From Lepidodermella squamata (Eukaryota > Animalia > Gastrotricha), in the NCBI GenBank assembly GCA_047495785.1, contig JBLDXI010000032.1, positions 3,100,001 to 3,164,000 on the forward strand: DNA of 64,000 bases, written 5' to 3'. Within the stretch, counting starts at the first letter, position 1; each line of letters starts with the position of its first letter. Below the pieces are notes generated by a model. That model had not been told where the DNA came from. It worked only from the letters and a program-made list of their open reading frames with translations, and did no database searches. Made by a program: the position numbers and the translations under genes. This document shows, piece after piece, positions 24,430 through 35,811 of this stretch.

Positions 24430-24617
24430 TCCTGTTTATTATCCCAACTTGACCTTTCGAAAATTAAGAATCAATGCATTTCAAAGTTCATTGCAAGTTC
24501 AGGCATTTCAAACAACAGCAGTATAAACAACAACAATAAGAACGATGGAGTCCATGATCAGCTTATCGAAGGCTGATCGATCGGGCTTATCGAAGACGCT
24601 TATATTTTGCTGATTTG
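24430..24617 (-). pseudogene. Decayed 3' fragment of a pLGIC-13-type gene
   Basis: caacttgacctttcgaaaatt, aacaacagcagtataaacaacaacaat and gatcgggcttat match the 3' end of pLGIC-13 (~26260-26400), with indels. Confidence 0.65.
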
Positions 24618-24746
24618 TTAGATGGAGATGAATGAAAACCACAACAAAATTCGCCTCACCACCGCACAGTCGACTGTCGATTTGGTCCTGCTTAACGATT
24701 AGTTACAATAAACCATAACCATGCGTATATTCCATATAACCAATAT

Positions 24747-25927
24747 TCACATACAATGCGTGCTGAGACAAGCATAAACAATCGCGCTGTAAATTAGAAC
24801 GATGACGAGAAGAGTGATGAAAATTACGATGTCCAAAAACCGAACTGGCGTGATTGAGAAATGCTTCAAGTTCATCCATTCGTAACTTCTTTCAGTCGTC
24901 CAAGTCTCGAAACGCGATAGCATGCAGCTAACCTGAGCATAGACAGTGCATGCAACTCCTATATACATTTGAAGGTAGATGTAAACAAGAACGATCACAA
25001 CTTCCGACGTTTTAGGCATATTTGAGTCTAAGGTATTCTCTAGCACGAGAAACGACATCATAACAGTCGCGCAATAATTAGGACGGTTGCTTTCATTTGG
25101 TGGCATTAACACAAAGGCGAGTTGGAGTATGGTCAGAGCCATGCAAGGCGCGAGAAATTCGCCTAGGAAATGCGATGATTTTCTTTCAAAGGAGATAATA
25201 AAAACAAATTGGGCGTATTTAATGTTAGGCACATCATCGTAAACTTTGAGATCAGTCCGGCCAATAAGGGCGGATACATGCCAGATACTGGACGATGGCA
25301 TGAAGCCGGCGTCTAAGAATGCTTGTACGGAATAGACCGAGACTTTTCTGGACTCGCGTTGCATTTCAAGAATTATTTTACAATTCTGAATATCGTACGG
25401 GAAATAATGAAAGTGCATCTCGCAACCTGAGTCCATCCGTTTTGCCGTAGTCATTTTTATGGTTCCATCTCTTACTAGTCTCATTACACTATTTTCTAAA
25501 TAAGTGAAGCTAGAAAACAGGCATTCAATGATGATTAAAAGGAGGATTCAGCAATTTACCTGCCCAATAAGAGGTTCTCGTCGATTCCAGTCATGTGCCA
25601 TATTTCCGGAGTCCAAAGTCCGGAACTAGCTGGAATCACAGCGTAGTCTTGATTCGATTCTATCGGCCAAGTATCTGCAATGCACTGACTGTGCCAGAAG
25701 ATTTTCAGCCATGCAATTATCGAAAGTCGCTGTTCAACTTCGTCGATTTCAATCAAGCGACTCGCCGTGAAAATCATTGATACATTAAGAGCTTGCGATT
25801 CATTTCCAACAGACCGACCGAGATGACCTTTACATTGAGTTAGAAGAAGTGCTATCAAATCACCCTCGCTATTATCAGCAGAAAACAATGGCAAAATGAT
25901 GGCAAAAGAAAAAAAGTAAAGCAGCAT
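24747..25927 (-). CDS. Cys-loop ligand-gated ion channel subunit (pLGIC-12), recent paralog of pLGIC-10
   Basis: Two exons. CEMHFHYFPYDIQNC, NRPNYCATVMMSF, C-terminus CLSTHCM. Confidence 0.9.
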
Positions 25928-26095
25928 AACTATTTTGACAGATAGGTAGATTCAATCAACTGTTTAGTCTTGACGTAAACTCAACAATACTTATGCTTCA
26001 CAGCGGAAATCAATTGGGAACCAGGCTGATGTTTCCGGCTTATTATTATCGCAGTTTGCTTTGTATCATCATGTGACCCCCTGTGGGCAAACTCA

Positions 26096-26203
26096 ATTCA
26101 CCGTAATTAACAGCGATTTACACTGCAAATCATCGGCAAGCCTATAACAACCACTGACCACTGACAATACGCATGGCAAAAAGAGAAGAATGAAGGCTAT
26201 CAA
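26096..26203 (-). pseudogene. Decayed M4/C-terminal fragment of a pLGIC-11-type gene
   Basis: Reads IAFILLFLPCVLS/VVVIGLPMICSVNRC-stop versus pLGIC-11 IAFTILFLSCVLSVVAIGVPMICSENRC. A 7-nt duplication (ccactga x2, 26151-26164) shifts the frame. Confidence 0.75.
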
Positions 26204-26283
26204 TGAAGGTTATCGCGTAGTAATGGGCATGAGATTCAAGCTCAATTTTCCCGTTTATTATCTCAACTTGACCTTTCGAAAAT

Positions 26284-27514
26284 TCACAAGCAATGTGTTG
26301 TCATGCATCCGAAAACAACAGCAGTATAAACAACAACAATCAAAAGTAGGACCAGAAAAACAATGATGTCCATGAGCCGGATCGGGCTTATTGAAAATGG
26401 CTTTCCAGATGCCCGATTTGGGAATCTCAATTCGTATTCACGCTGGTTCATCCATTTTGGATTGCGCGAAAGCATGCACGTAAATTGGGCGTACACCGTA
26501 CAGGTAACACCAATGTACATCTGCAACGAAATGTAGACCATGATTATGATGATCTCAGAAGTCTGGGGCATGGAGGAATCTAGGCTGCCCTCGAGCACTA
26601 GGAAAGACATCATAACTGTCGCGCAATAATTAGGCCGATTGCTTTCTTCAGGCGGCATTAGAGCAAAAGCCAGTTGCATGATTGTTAGAGCGATGCACGG
26701 AATGACTATATCGGTCATGAAGTAGGACTCTTTCCTATCGAAAGTGAATAAAAAGACGAATTTGGCGTATCTGTTGTTTGGAATATCGTCGTATCTCGAG
26801 AAATCTGTGTATGCGGTCACATTCGGCTTGTGCCAGACATTTGAGCTCGGCATGAATTTAGGGTCGATGTAGACGTCGATATGGCCACTCGAAACGCGTT
26901 TTGCTTCTCGCTGAATTTCAAGAATGATCGGACATTGTTGAATATCGTACGGGAAGTAGTGGAATTGCAGCGCGCAGGCGATGTCGATACGTCTTGCTGT
27001 CACCATTTTAACATCGCCACTTCTGACAACTCGAAAAATGCTGTTGTCCAAATAACTAGAACTAGAGACAATAAAAATGTTAAGGCGGATTCCGATTCCA
27101 TATCCTGGAGACTCACCTTCCTAGTAGTAGATTACTATCAACGCCAGTCATGTGCCATATTTCCGGAACCCAGAGCCCAGAATTACCCGGCATGACCGCG
27201 TATTCCAGCGTAGCATTATCCGGCCAGGCATCTGCTATGCATTGACTTCGCCATGTAATTTTCATCCAAGCGATTATTGACAACCTTTGCTCCAGTTCGT
27301 TCATTTCGATGAAGCGATTCGCAGTGAAAGACATCGAGACTTTCAAGATGGAGGACGCATTTCCTACAGCCCGGCCCATTCGGTCTTTACATTTCTCTTT
27401 GAGAAGTGCAACCAGGTCTGCTTCATCGTCTATTACTTCGTAATCATCGCTTTCGGCTAGGCATAACACGTGCAAAGCTGCTAGAGTCAAGAGCCATTGC
27501 GCTGTAAAAAACAT
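26284..27514 (-). CDS. Cys-loop ligand-gated ion channel subunit (pLGIC-13)
   Basis: Two exons. WVPEI, CALQFHYFPYDIQQC, MPPEESNRPNYCATVMMSF, C-terminus GCMTTHCL. Confidence 0.9.
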
Positions 27515-28229
27515 TTCAATTGCAGGAGGCTTCGTGTTTCATGTCACGACTAATTTGCCGATCCATTAAAATACGAAAAATGCGAATATAAAGGATGCCT
27601 ACCAATGAGAAGTTTCTTCTCATACGTATTACAAATCAAGGTCGGTAGGAAGGGTGCAGTAAAATCAATTTTAGTGTTTAAATAGTGAGCCGTAATATTT
27701 CATCAAATTATAGGCGCAAATACCTACACATTATAGGTATTCATGCATCACATTTGTTCTTATACAAAGCTATGTGTAGTTCTAACGATTTTCGATACGC
27801 GCAGATCAAGTCGGGTCAATTAAAATGCTACGCAATGACAAAAAATCGGCGCTCTGTCAGTCTTTTTTATCTATGAAAGCTGAAATCTCTACGAGCCTAT
27901 TATTAACGGAGCGTATTTTTTTATCACAGCTGCAGGGCTTCATCCTGTCAAAAACTCTTGTGTAGTTACAGGGAAAAAAAACGTGGCTGATAGCTGTATG
28001 AACTGTATCACGGAAAAAAGCTCGCACGGGAAGCACCAAATAAGTAAACCTTACGCAGTCGAGCCGGAATCCTCTTTTTGAAACGGCTTCCGCGTCGCAA
28101 GAAAGTCAAGCGTAAAGGCTGATTGTAAGAAAACAGGCAGGTTATATCCGTTCACGTTCTATGAATTATTAATTCCATGTCTCGTTTCGTTTCACTAATA
28201 AACGTGTATCGGAACATTGTCGACTGAAT

Positions 28230-28273
28230 AGATCAGGAATTCTGAAAGTCATCACTTTCAGAATTCCTGATCT
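28230..28273. repeat. Perfect 20-bp inverted repeat hairpin with 4-nt loop
   Basis: agatcaggaattctgaaagt-catc-actttcagaattcctgatct. Confidence 0.9.
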
Positions 28274-29789
28274 TCACTTCAGCTCAATTGAGGTCGCCGA
28301 ACAATTCTATTATTCAAAAAGACGTAAGAATATATTAAGACTTATTCACTCATAGTTATGGCAACTGTGTCGAATATTCTTGAGGATTTTTATTTTCTAA
28401 AGCTTTATTCAATCTAATGTGTAACCAAAACGACACTAGTCACGAAAATTGGGGTAAGTAATACGAATTAAAGCTATCATATCCTGCTTTTCACGCTAAG
28501 TTATGTATTATTGTAGTCAAAATATGCAGTAGTAACAGGAATAGCAGGAAGCCTGATTAAACTGGGTTGGAATGGGTGTTCATGGCCTCGCTAGAGGCGA
28601 GCAAGGTGTTCCTGGCGACACGCATAATTTGATGCTCGGTCGATAAACGGCGGTACCAACGCAGGCCGTACAATTCGTTTCGTCATCAGTGTTGCGACAA
28701 TCACTCGATCCATCACATCTCTTCGAATTCGGAATGCACTTGCCAGTAGAGCATCGAAATTCTCCAGATTTGCACGGCGGGCAAATTGTCATTTTTCCCA
28801 CAATCCTAAAGAATATCAAATGATTTATTGGTCATATTGATAGTTTTCGTTGAAATAAAAATACCAGGTTTCCATCGCAGACATACCTGTTGAATATCGA
28901 GCTCAACCAATGGCGATAAATTACTAAAAAAAGACTCACGAAGTAGGGAGACAGCTGCCGGAGTATGCACATTTAAAAGGTGTGGCTGATGGGCAAACCG
29001 TGCAGTTGATTTGGTCATCGCCGAACGGACAGTCGACACCGCTGTCGCAGACGTAACGTGCCGGTATGCATTTAGTGGAGTTTTTGCACTTGTAATCATC
29101 AGCGTTCGGGCACTTGAAACATAATGACTTAGTTATGGATAAGATTAACGCCATAAAATCTTACAGTTGTGCAGTTCGACTCATCCCAGCCATCGTAGCA
29201 ATCAGTACTGCCGTCACAAATTGACGAAAATGAAAGGCATTCACCTGAAGGGCATCTTGTTTGATAGCTTGGGCACGAGCAGTTCAACTCGGCGTTCGCA
29301 CATTTTCTTATAGAATCGCAGACGCTCCAATTATTAAGACAAATGCCGTCGCTGCATCGGAATTTATCAGCAGGACAAGGCCAGTCCAAGCAGTTTTGTT
29401 CATCCGCATTGTTGAAACAATCGTTATCGCCGTCGCAGCGGACAAACGGCGGAGCGCATTCTGTAGTATTGCCGCATTTATAAGATCTGCCGTCACCAGC
29501 AGAAAGATCACACGAAGCGCAGTTAGCTTCGTCATCCCCGGTTGGGCAGTCAGTGAAACCATTGCATAGTTGCCTGGAAAAAGATGGTTTGAACTCAGTG
29601 GCAAAGAAAAGGTTTGAAAATTACCAAGGCAGAATGCAGTTCGTTGTTCCGCTGCCTAAAAAAGTCCGTTCTACAGGGCATTTCTAACAAATTAATCAAG
29701 GAAGACTAAATAAATTGTCCCGACGAAATTTTACTGAAGCATCAATAAACTTTCGTCAGATCCGTCCTTGCATTCCATGGTACCATTAC

Positions 29790-29977
29790 TGTAAGCAAAC
29801 AACGACACCCTTAAGGCAACATTGATGTTTATTAAAACAAGGAAATAACCAGAATAAAGATCCATGGTACAAACGCGTGCTTATAACGCCAATGATTATC
29901 AATCAACGACTGCGCAATAGAAGCGTATCATAATAACGAGAACAATATCGAAATATCACAAGTGTTATACTGTTACA
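29790..29977 (-). repeat. 3' LTR
   Basis: TGTAAG...TTACA, identical to 34440-34627. Confidence 0.96.
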
Positions 29978-29989
29978 CTATACCCTCCT

Positions 29990-32900
29990 TCAGGGTGAGC
30001 GTCGCTTCGAGAACGTGCGACATGGGCCCGGCTTCCTGGGATACTCCGCGTGAAATTTCGCAACTAGCTCCGAAGAATTTTGAACATTTGAAGCAGGTTC
30101 CCAAGTCCGTTCCTCTGGGCCGTAGCCACGCCACTCAACCAAATACTTCAATTTTCCACGTTCGAACTTGGAGTCAACGATAGATTCGACTTCGAACTCT
30201 TCTTCGCCGTCAACTTCAACAGGCGGTGGCGGCGGCTGGGTTCGATTTTCGATGACATTAGCAATGAAAGGTTCCAACAAAGAAACATGTACCACCGGAT
30301 GAATTTTTATCGAAGCAGGGAGTTGAAGCTTGACCGCACGATTTCCGACCAATCTTTCGATGAGAAATGGGCCCAGGTTCTTGAAATCCAACTTCCTTGA
30401 AGGTCGATTCGTAATTAAATTCGAGGCATTCAACCAGACCTTGTCACCCGGCTTAAAATCTGGTGCTTCTTGACGATGACGATCGGCGAATTTCTTGTAG
30501 TTTTGCTTAGCAATTTCAAGATGGCTGGTCAAAACTTCAGACAAATCGCTTAGCTGCTTTGCTCGAAATTCGGCTCGAGGTACTTGAGTAGTGGACGGTG
30601 TCGTAAAATCGAAGCGAGGATGAAACCCGTAATTTGCGAAAAATGGCGAGGTTTTGATTGAATCATGAATGGAATTGTTGTAGCAAAATTCAGCGAAAGG
30701 GAGTAGCTCGAACCAGTTATCTTGTTGATAAGAACAGTAACAGCGTAGATATTGTTCGAGGCAAGAATTGACACGTTCCGTTTGCCCGTCAGTTTCGGGG
30801 TGAAACGCCGTCGACATTTTGACTTGGCAATTGAGTAATTCGAGGAATCTTTTCCAGAAATGCGACGAAAACTGTGTTCCGCGGTCACTGATGGTATCCT
30901 CCGGCAGACCATGGAGACGAAAAACTTGATCCAAAACAGCTTGCGCCGTTTGCTCAGCAGTCGGTAGTCCCGGAAATGCAATAAAATGAACCATTTTAGT
31001 TAAACGGTCAACAACATTTAAAATACAGGTCATACCGTTGGATGGCGGAAGTTCAACAACAAAATCCATCGAAATCGACGACCAAGGTCGGGTCGGCGTC
31101 GGTAACGCCTGGAGGAGACCGTAGGGTTTGTGACGGTGATTCTTGACTCTGGCGCAAGTTTCGCACGAGAGAACGAAGGTCCGTACGAAGTCGCGTTGTC
31201 GCGGCCACCAGTAATCTCTTGAGACCAACTCGAGCGTTTTCGCAATTCCAGGGTGCCCGGCGACCTTTTCGTCGTGTCGCGACTTGACGACTTCGAGACG
31301 CATGGATGCTGGCACGTAAATTAGATTCTCGTACATCAGGATCTCATTTGATAAGCTTAATCGAGTCACGTCGAGATTGATCGAGGCACGTTTTCCGGCG
31401 AGCAAATTGCGAGCAGCAATGACAAACTCGTCCTTCTCCTGGGCTTTGCGAATGCGGTCATGCCACGGGTTTTTTGAGTAAACAAACGAGCGAAGAGCCA
31501 TGATCTTCAGATTTTTCGATTGGAAAACAAATTCGGGTTCGGTTACAGCGACGGAGGACCGATGTTCCGATTTCCTTGAGAGTGCGTCGGCCTTACCGCC
31601 CTGTGAACCAGGCCGAAACTTGATGACGAAGTCGAACCTTGCAAAGAGCATCGCCCATCTTGCTTGCCGTTGGTTCAGAACCTTCACCTTCGATTCGAAG
31701 AACTCCAAATTCCGATGATCAGTGTAAACTGTTATTTGATGGCGGGCGCCTTCAAGGTAGTGACGCCATTGTTCAAACGCGACCTTGATAGCCAGCAGTT
31801 CCTTGTCATGTACGCCGTACTGCTGTTCAGCCGCTGTGAGGCTTCGAGAGTAGAACGCACAAGGATGAAGATGACCATCTGCCGCCACTTGAGAGAGAAT
31901 GCAACCAACTGCATAATTGGACGCATCGGTTTCGACAGTGAATGGCTTCCTTTGATCAGGGTGAATCAACACGGGCGCTTGCGTGAATCGTTTCTTCAAT
32001 TCCATGAAGGCTTCTTCAGCTTGACGGCTCCAGACAAAGACCGAGTTTTTGCGCATCAATCGGGTCAGCGGTTTTGTTATCGAGGCAAAATCTCTAATAA
32101 ATCGACGATAAAAGTTAGCAAAGCCTAAAAAAGTTTGAACTTCCCTGAGGTTGGTCGGGCTTTTCCAGCTTCGGACAGCTTCAACCTTCGCTGGCGACAT
32201 GGTGATCCCATCCGTGCCGACAAGAAATCCAAGAAACTCCACTTTCTCAACTTCGAACTCGCATTTTGTGAGCTTAGCGAACAACTTGTTTTCTCGAAGC
32301 CGTTGTAGCACCATTTTGACGTGAATTTCATGCTCGGCCAGCGAATTTGAGAAGATCAAAATGTCATCTAAATAGACGATGACGAAAATGTCGATCATAT
32401 CGCGAAAGATATCGTTCATAAAATGCTGGAATGCCGCCGGGGCCCCGGACAATCCAAAGGGCATAACCAAATATTCGAATAGGCCGTAGCACGAACGAAA
32501 GGCTGTCTTCCATTCATCGCCTTCGCGAATTCTTAACAGGTTGTAGGCATTTTTTAAGTCCAGACGGGTGAACACTTTTGCCTTGCCGATGCGATCAAGT
32601 AGTTGCGGTATTAACGGCAGCGGATATCGTACCTTCTTACTTACTCGATTTAGACCACGATAATCAACAACTGGGCGTAAACTGCCATCTTTTTTCGTCA
32701 CGAACATGATTGGGGATGATGCCGATGATTTGGACGGACGGATAAAACCCTTTGCCAAGTTATCTTTGAGGTAGTTTCGAAGCACTTCAAGCTCGGTTTC
32801 GGAGAGGCTGTAGATAGGGCCGAACGGCGGAGTTTTACCAGGTTCAATGTCGATACAGCAATCGTAAGAACGACGGGGCGGAAGCTTGTCAGCTTCTTTT

Positions 32901-34387
32901 TCATCGAAGACGTCGCTAAATTCGCGGTATTTCTCAGGCAAATGCTGGGCAGTTGAAGCGTTTCCAGTGCTCTTCGGAAGTTCTTCGCGAATGCTGCCCA
33001 AGAGTAATCGACCAGCAGCCGTATTTTCTTGGCCATCACATTGGCAGTGATGTTTACAGTAATTCGACGTGTAATGAATAATGTTCTCGTCCCAGTTGAT
33101 GTACGGATTGTGAAGCTTCAACCAAGGCATGCCGAGAATCACGTTGTAATGCGGGCTCTCGATAACATCAAATTTGATCAGCTCTTTGTGGCCGGCAACT
33201 TCGAAAAGCAGCGAAACAGTTTCAAGTTCAGCGACGCCAGTGCCAAGCGGCCGACCGTCAATGCCTTCGACGCGCGGCGGCCTTGCTTTCGGGACCAGCG
33301 GAATGCCTCGTTGGCGGGCGAATTTGGCATCGATGAAGTTCCCTTCGGCGCCACAATCAACCATCGCGAGAGCAAATGTGCCTTGGTCAGTCAGCGGTTC
33401 AACGATCATACCTTGAATTACAAAAAGCTCAACTGAATAACAATCATCATCTTCAATTTTATTGTAATCATCACTTAGCTTTTTCGTGTTGACATTGTTA
33501 AAAATTCGAACTGGCCTTCGACGGCCGGACGCGTTCGGGCATCGAGCACACAAGTGATCAGCAGAGCCACAATAGAAGCAAAGACCCAGACGCCGGCGTC
33601 GTTCCTTTTCCGCGTTGCTTAGAGGCGCCCTAGCAACTCTGCCGATCTCCATCGGAGCAGGTTCAGCATCGCTGGTGTTCGTTGAAGTTGAAACTTGATT
33701 CGCAGACGGCTCCATTGTAGAAGCGCGGTAAGAAATTGCTGGTCGACGAGTCGGTTCACGTTGCTTTTCGGCACGCCGCTCGGACAGCCTGATATCGATT
33801 CGATTGGCCTGGTCGGTCAACGCCTTCAGAGTAGTGCATGGTTCGCTGTAAGCCAACACATCCTTAATTTCGTCATTCAAACCAAGTCGAAATTGGTGAC
33901 GCAAAGCCGCATCATTAAAATCCAGATCCACGCTGATTTGATTGAATTCGGATGCGTAGACCGATACTGGCCGATTGCCTTGAACCAGTTTTTCCAACCG
34001 ATACAGGGCCGTAGCCTTCCGATCAGGATCATCGAAGGCCGCAGCAAAACGAATTTTGAAGGTTTTCCAATCATCCAGAAAATCTTCCTTTTTCTCGATG
34101 AGCGGCGCAGCCCAGTCGCGAGCCGGGCCAGAAAGAAGTGACAAAACCAGGCCGACACAGAGCGGTTCAGTTGAGTAAATTGTCGGATTCATTTTCAAAT
34201 AGAGTTCGCACTGGTTCATGAAGCTTCGAAAAGATTTTCGGTCGCCATCGTAAGTCGCTGGTTTGGAGCCACGTCGTGGTTCGAAACTTGCCTTGGTGCC
34301 CTGAAGTTCCTTGAGCTGAACAGTTACAGCCGCAAGTTGGCTGGCGAGAGCTTCGACTTGCTCAGTCGTAGGTGCAGGCATCGACAT
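29990..34387 (-). CDS. gag-pol: Gag-Pol polyprotein (Gag, CCHC knuckle, protease, RT, RNase H, integrase, chromodomain)
   Basis: 1465 aa from MSMPAP. Motifs: CFYCGSADHLCARC; MVDCGAEGNF; RT VYLDDIL; RNase H VETDASN...TDHRNL; integrase H..H..CETC, SMDF/SDRG/QTER, GPF; chromodomain FEVESIVD...YLVEWRGYGPEERTWEP. Confidence 0.96.
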   Translation of the reverse strand: MSMPAPTTEQVEALASQLAAVTVQLKELQGTKASFEPRRGSKPATYDGDRKSFRSFMNQCELYLKMNPTIYSTEPLCVGLVLSLLSGPARDWAAPLIEKKEDFLDDWKTFKIRFAAAFDDPDRKATALYRLEKLVQGNRPVSVYASEFNQISVDLDFNDAALRHQFRLGLNDEIKDVLAYSEPCTTLKALTDQANRIDIRLSERRAEKQREPTRRPAISYRASTMEPSANQVSTSTNTSDAEPAPMEIGRVARAPLSNAEKERRRRLGLCFYCGSADHLCARCPNASGRRRPVRIFNNVNTKKLSDDYNKIEDDDCYSVELFVIQGMIVEPLTDQGTFALAMVDCGAEGNFIDAKFARQRGIPLVPKARPPRVEGIDGRPLGTGVAELETVSLLFEVAGHKELIKFDVIESPHYNVILGMPWLKLHNPYINWDENIIHYTSNYCKHHCQCDGQENTAAGRLLLGSIREELPKSTGNASTAQHLPEKYREFSDVFDEKEADKLPPRRSYDCCIDIEPGKTPPFGPIYSLSETELEVLRNYLKDNLAKGFIRPSKSSASSPIMFVTKKDGSLRPVVDYRGLNRVSKKVRYPLPLIPQLLDRIGKAKVFTRLDLKNAYNLLRIREGDEWKTAFRSCYGLFEYLVMPFGLSGAPAAFQHFMNDIFRDMIDIFVIVYLDDILIFSNSLAEHEIHVKMVLQRLRENKLFAKLTKCEFEVEKVEFLGFLVGTDGITMSPAKVEAVRSWKSPTNLREVQTFLGFANFYRRFIRDFASITKPLTRLMRKNSVFVWSRQAEEAFMELKKRFTQAPVLIHPDQRKPFTVETDASNYAVGCILSQVAADGHLHPCAFYSRSLTAAEQQYGVHDKELLAIKVAFEQWRHYLEGARHQITVYTDHRNLEFFESKVKVLNQRQARWAMLFARFDFVIKFRPGSQGGKADALSRKSEHRSSVAVTEPEFVFQSKNLKIMALRSFVYSKNPWHDRIRKAQEKDEFVIAARNLLAGKRASINLDVTRLSLSNEILMYENLIYVPASMRLEVVKSRHDEKVAGHPGIAKTLELVSRDYWWPRQRDFVRTFVLSCETCARVKNHRHKPYGLLQALPTPTRPWSSISMDFVVELPPSNGMTCILNVVDRLTKMVHFIAFPGLPTAEQTAQAVLDQVFRLHGLPEDTISDRGTQFSSHFWKRFLELLNCQVKMSTAFHPETDGQTERVNSCLEQYLRCYCSYQQDNWFELLPFAEFCYNNSIHDSIKTSPFFANYGFHPRFDFTTPSTTQVPRAEFRAKQLSDLSEVLTSHLEIAKQNYKKFADRHRQEAPDFKPGDKVWLNASNLITNRPSRKLDFKNLGPFLIERLVGNRAVKLQLPASIKIHPVVHVSLLEPFIANVIENRTQPPPPPVEVDGEEEFEVESIVDSKFERGKLKYLVEWRGYGPEERTWEPASNVQNSSELVAKFHAEYPRKPGPCRTFSKRRSP

Positions 34388-34439
34388 CGCACACCAATGT
34401 TGGGTAGGGCCAAAGACGATGAATTGATTCTGGTTATTT

Positions 34440-34627
34440 TGTAAGCAAACAACGACACCCTTAAGGCAACATTGATGTTTATTAAAACAAGGAAATAACC
34501 AGAATAAAGATCCATGGTACAAACGCGTGCTTATAACGCCAATGATTATCAATCAACGACTGCGCAATAGAAGCGTATCATAATAACGAGAACAATATCG
34601 AAATATCACAAGTGTTATACTGTTACA
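34440..34627 (-). repeat. 5' LTR with TATA box and polyA signal
   Basis: Identical to the 3' LTR. On the minus strand TATAA lies at ~34535-34531 and AATAAA at 34483-34478. Confidence 0.96.
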
Positions 34628-35379
34628 ATTACATTTCCCTCTCTCAGGGATGCAGGTTCCATCGCCACAAGTAAAACCGTTGCAGGGACAATGAAGCTCG
34701 TCATCTGAGCAATCATGGATGGTGTCGCAACGCTGCCACTTTCGAATACACGATCCATCGGAGCATTGGAACCGCGAGGCATTGTTGCACAGGCAATTGA
34801 GCTCGTCTGAACCATCGGTGCAGTCTTTATCACCATCGCAACTTCAATCATGGATTGGTGGATCGTAAATTATTTAATTCTATCAGGTTGAGAATAGCAT
34901 ACTTTTTATATGCTGGAATGCATCGTTTGTCAGAGCATAGGAATCCATCTTCGCCACATGCTGTAAATCAAATGAAATTCGTTTTAACTAAAAATAGGCG
35001 CACGTGCACAAAATCAACCTAAGCGGTTGATCATTGATTTCATAGTCTGAATTAGACTATGACTAATGAATTGTCTGGTCACACATCCCAACCTCAAGAC
35101 TTTGGGCTAATTTTGAGCTTTTAAGATCCATTCATAACCCATTGGGTGGCTACAGACTCGCAATTTAAATAGATATAAACCCTTGATTCTGATAACTCAC
35201 ATGTACAGTTAAGCTCATCATCTAGCCTATTGCAGTCGTAATTGCCATCGCAGCGCTGAGTTTCGTTGATGCATTTGGCGTTGGCACATCTAAATTCATT
35301 GGCGGCGCAGGGCGGGCAATCCCACTCGTCACTACCATCATCGCAATCCTCGGAACGGTCACAAACGAATCTGAACATA

Positions 35380-35811
35380 CCGTAGTTACCGAAATACTAA
35401 CCCGGGCTTATTTACAAAAATGATGCCTGGAAAAATGGGGAAAAGTAGGCTTCTATTCAAGACTAGGCTTCTATTTGAGATAGGCTTATGCAACGGAGAC
35501 CTGACGTTACTTTCCGTCTTTCAATCTCAAAACTCATAAAAGTATTAATTATTAGTTATTAGCTAGGTCGTCTAATAGCTGGAAATCAAGATTAATAAGG
35601 AAAGCTTTCATTAAATCATCATAAACCGCATATTATTACATATCTTCACGCATTTTTCGTTTTTAAATACCGTTCAGCGCAGCAGAGCACACGTGCCGAA
35701 GTAGCCTAGGCTACTATTCGAGATAGGACTATGCATCGACGAATTTAAATTTACCTAGGCTTCTAATCGAGACAGGCTTCTAAACGAGTGGGGTAGTTTC
35801 GGTAACTACGG
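35380..35811. mobile_element. Tc1/mariner (pogo-like) MITE in an intron of the LDLa gene
   Basis: TIRs CCGTAGTTACCGAAA...TTTCGGTAACTACGG flanked by TA on both sides; internal repeated taggcttcta(t/a)tcgaga-like motifs; no ORF. Confidence 0.85.

Larger units (their letters stand above)
29790..34627 (-). mobile_element. Full-length Ty3/gypsy chromovirus (Tf1/sushi-like) LTR retrotransposon
   Basis: Two identical 188-bp TG...CA LTRs; 5-bp TSD ATTAC (29785-29789, 34628-34632); purine tract gaaggagggtatag before the 3' LTR; single gag-pol ORF with a chromodomain. Confidence 0.97.

Noticed and set aside
33350-33358. Protease motif DCG as evidence of an inactive element
   Set aside because: The catalytic Asp and Gly are intact, and everything else points to recent mobility.
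30550-34158. Small overlapping ORFs within the retrotransposon (possible env or antisense genes)
   Set aside because: They have no recognisable motifs and are expected shadows of a long GC-richer ORF. There is no room for env between the chromodomain and the PPT.
34388-34552. N-terminal 55 aa of the 1520-aa ORF
   Set aside because: It starts inside the 5' LTR upstream of the predicted TSS. The likely start is MSMPAP at 34387.
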